Part shown: one piece after another, positions 63,957 through 64,000 of the stretch | How the letters are laid out: the number at the start of each line of letters is the position of its first letter | Numbering within the stretch: position 1 is the first letter of the stretch | Assembly (NCBI GenBank): GCA_028023455.1 | Contig: JAQFVV010000008.1 | Span: 11,904,001-11,968,000 of the forward strand | Direction: 5' to 3' | DNA length: 64,000 bases | Origin: Epiperipatus broadwayi | Lineage: Eukaryota; Animalia; Onychophora | Made by a program: the position numbers and the translations under genes | Notes under the pieces: model-generated | The model's input: the letters and a program-made list of their open reading frames with translations, nothing else | Database searches by the model: none | What the model was told of the DNA's origin: nothing

Positions 63957-64000
63957 CAGTGGTGCCCAACCTTTAACTTGGCGCGAGCCAGTTGAGAATT
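63957..64000 (+). mobile_element. Left end of a hAT (Charlie-type) element running off the window
   Basis: CTCTAGAC target followed by CAGTGGTGCCCAACC. Confidence 0.7.

Overview
Very AT-rich, CpG-poor eukaryotic (probably invertebrate) DNA made almost entirely of nested transposable elements; no intact, nameable host gene. Main contents: (1) one complete but decayed Mag-like Ty3/Gypsy LTR retrotransposon (30127-38531, minus; paired LTRs, PBS, PPT, 5-bp TSD); (2) two solo LTRs with perfect 5-bp TSDs (6342-7101, 44006-44776); (3) several RTE-clade LINE copies, two with twin-priming-like 5' inversions; (4) hAT MITEs; (5) Penelope-like retroelements (PLEs), including a 3.1-kb palindromic PLE inside the Gypsy RT. 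The most notable pattern: eight insertions from several unrelated sequence families share one architecture, namely a fold-back hairpin, a one-sided 35-69 nt tail and a 10-17 bp target-site duplication. Several carry minimal type I hammerhead-ribozyme motifs with three different 3-8 base-pair variants (C3-G8, U3-A8, A3-U8) and palindromic stem III hexamers. They look like MITEs but are better explained as PLE-mobilised, retrozyme-like non-autonomous retroelements. All calls come from manual reading; no database search or folding program was run, and boundaries without a TSD are approximate.
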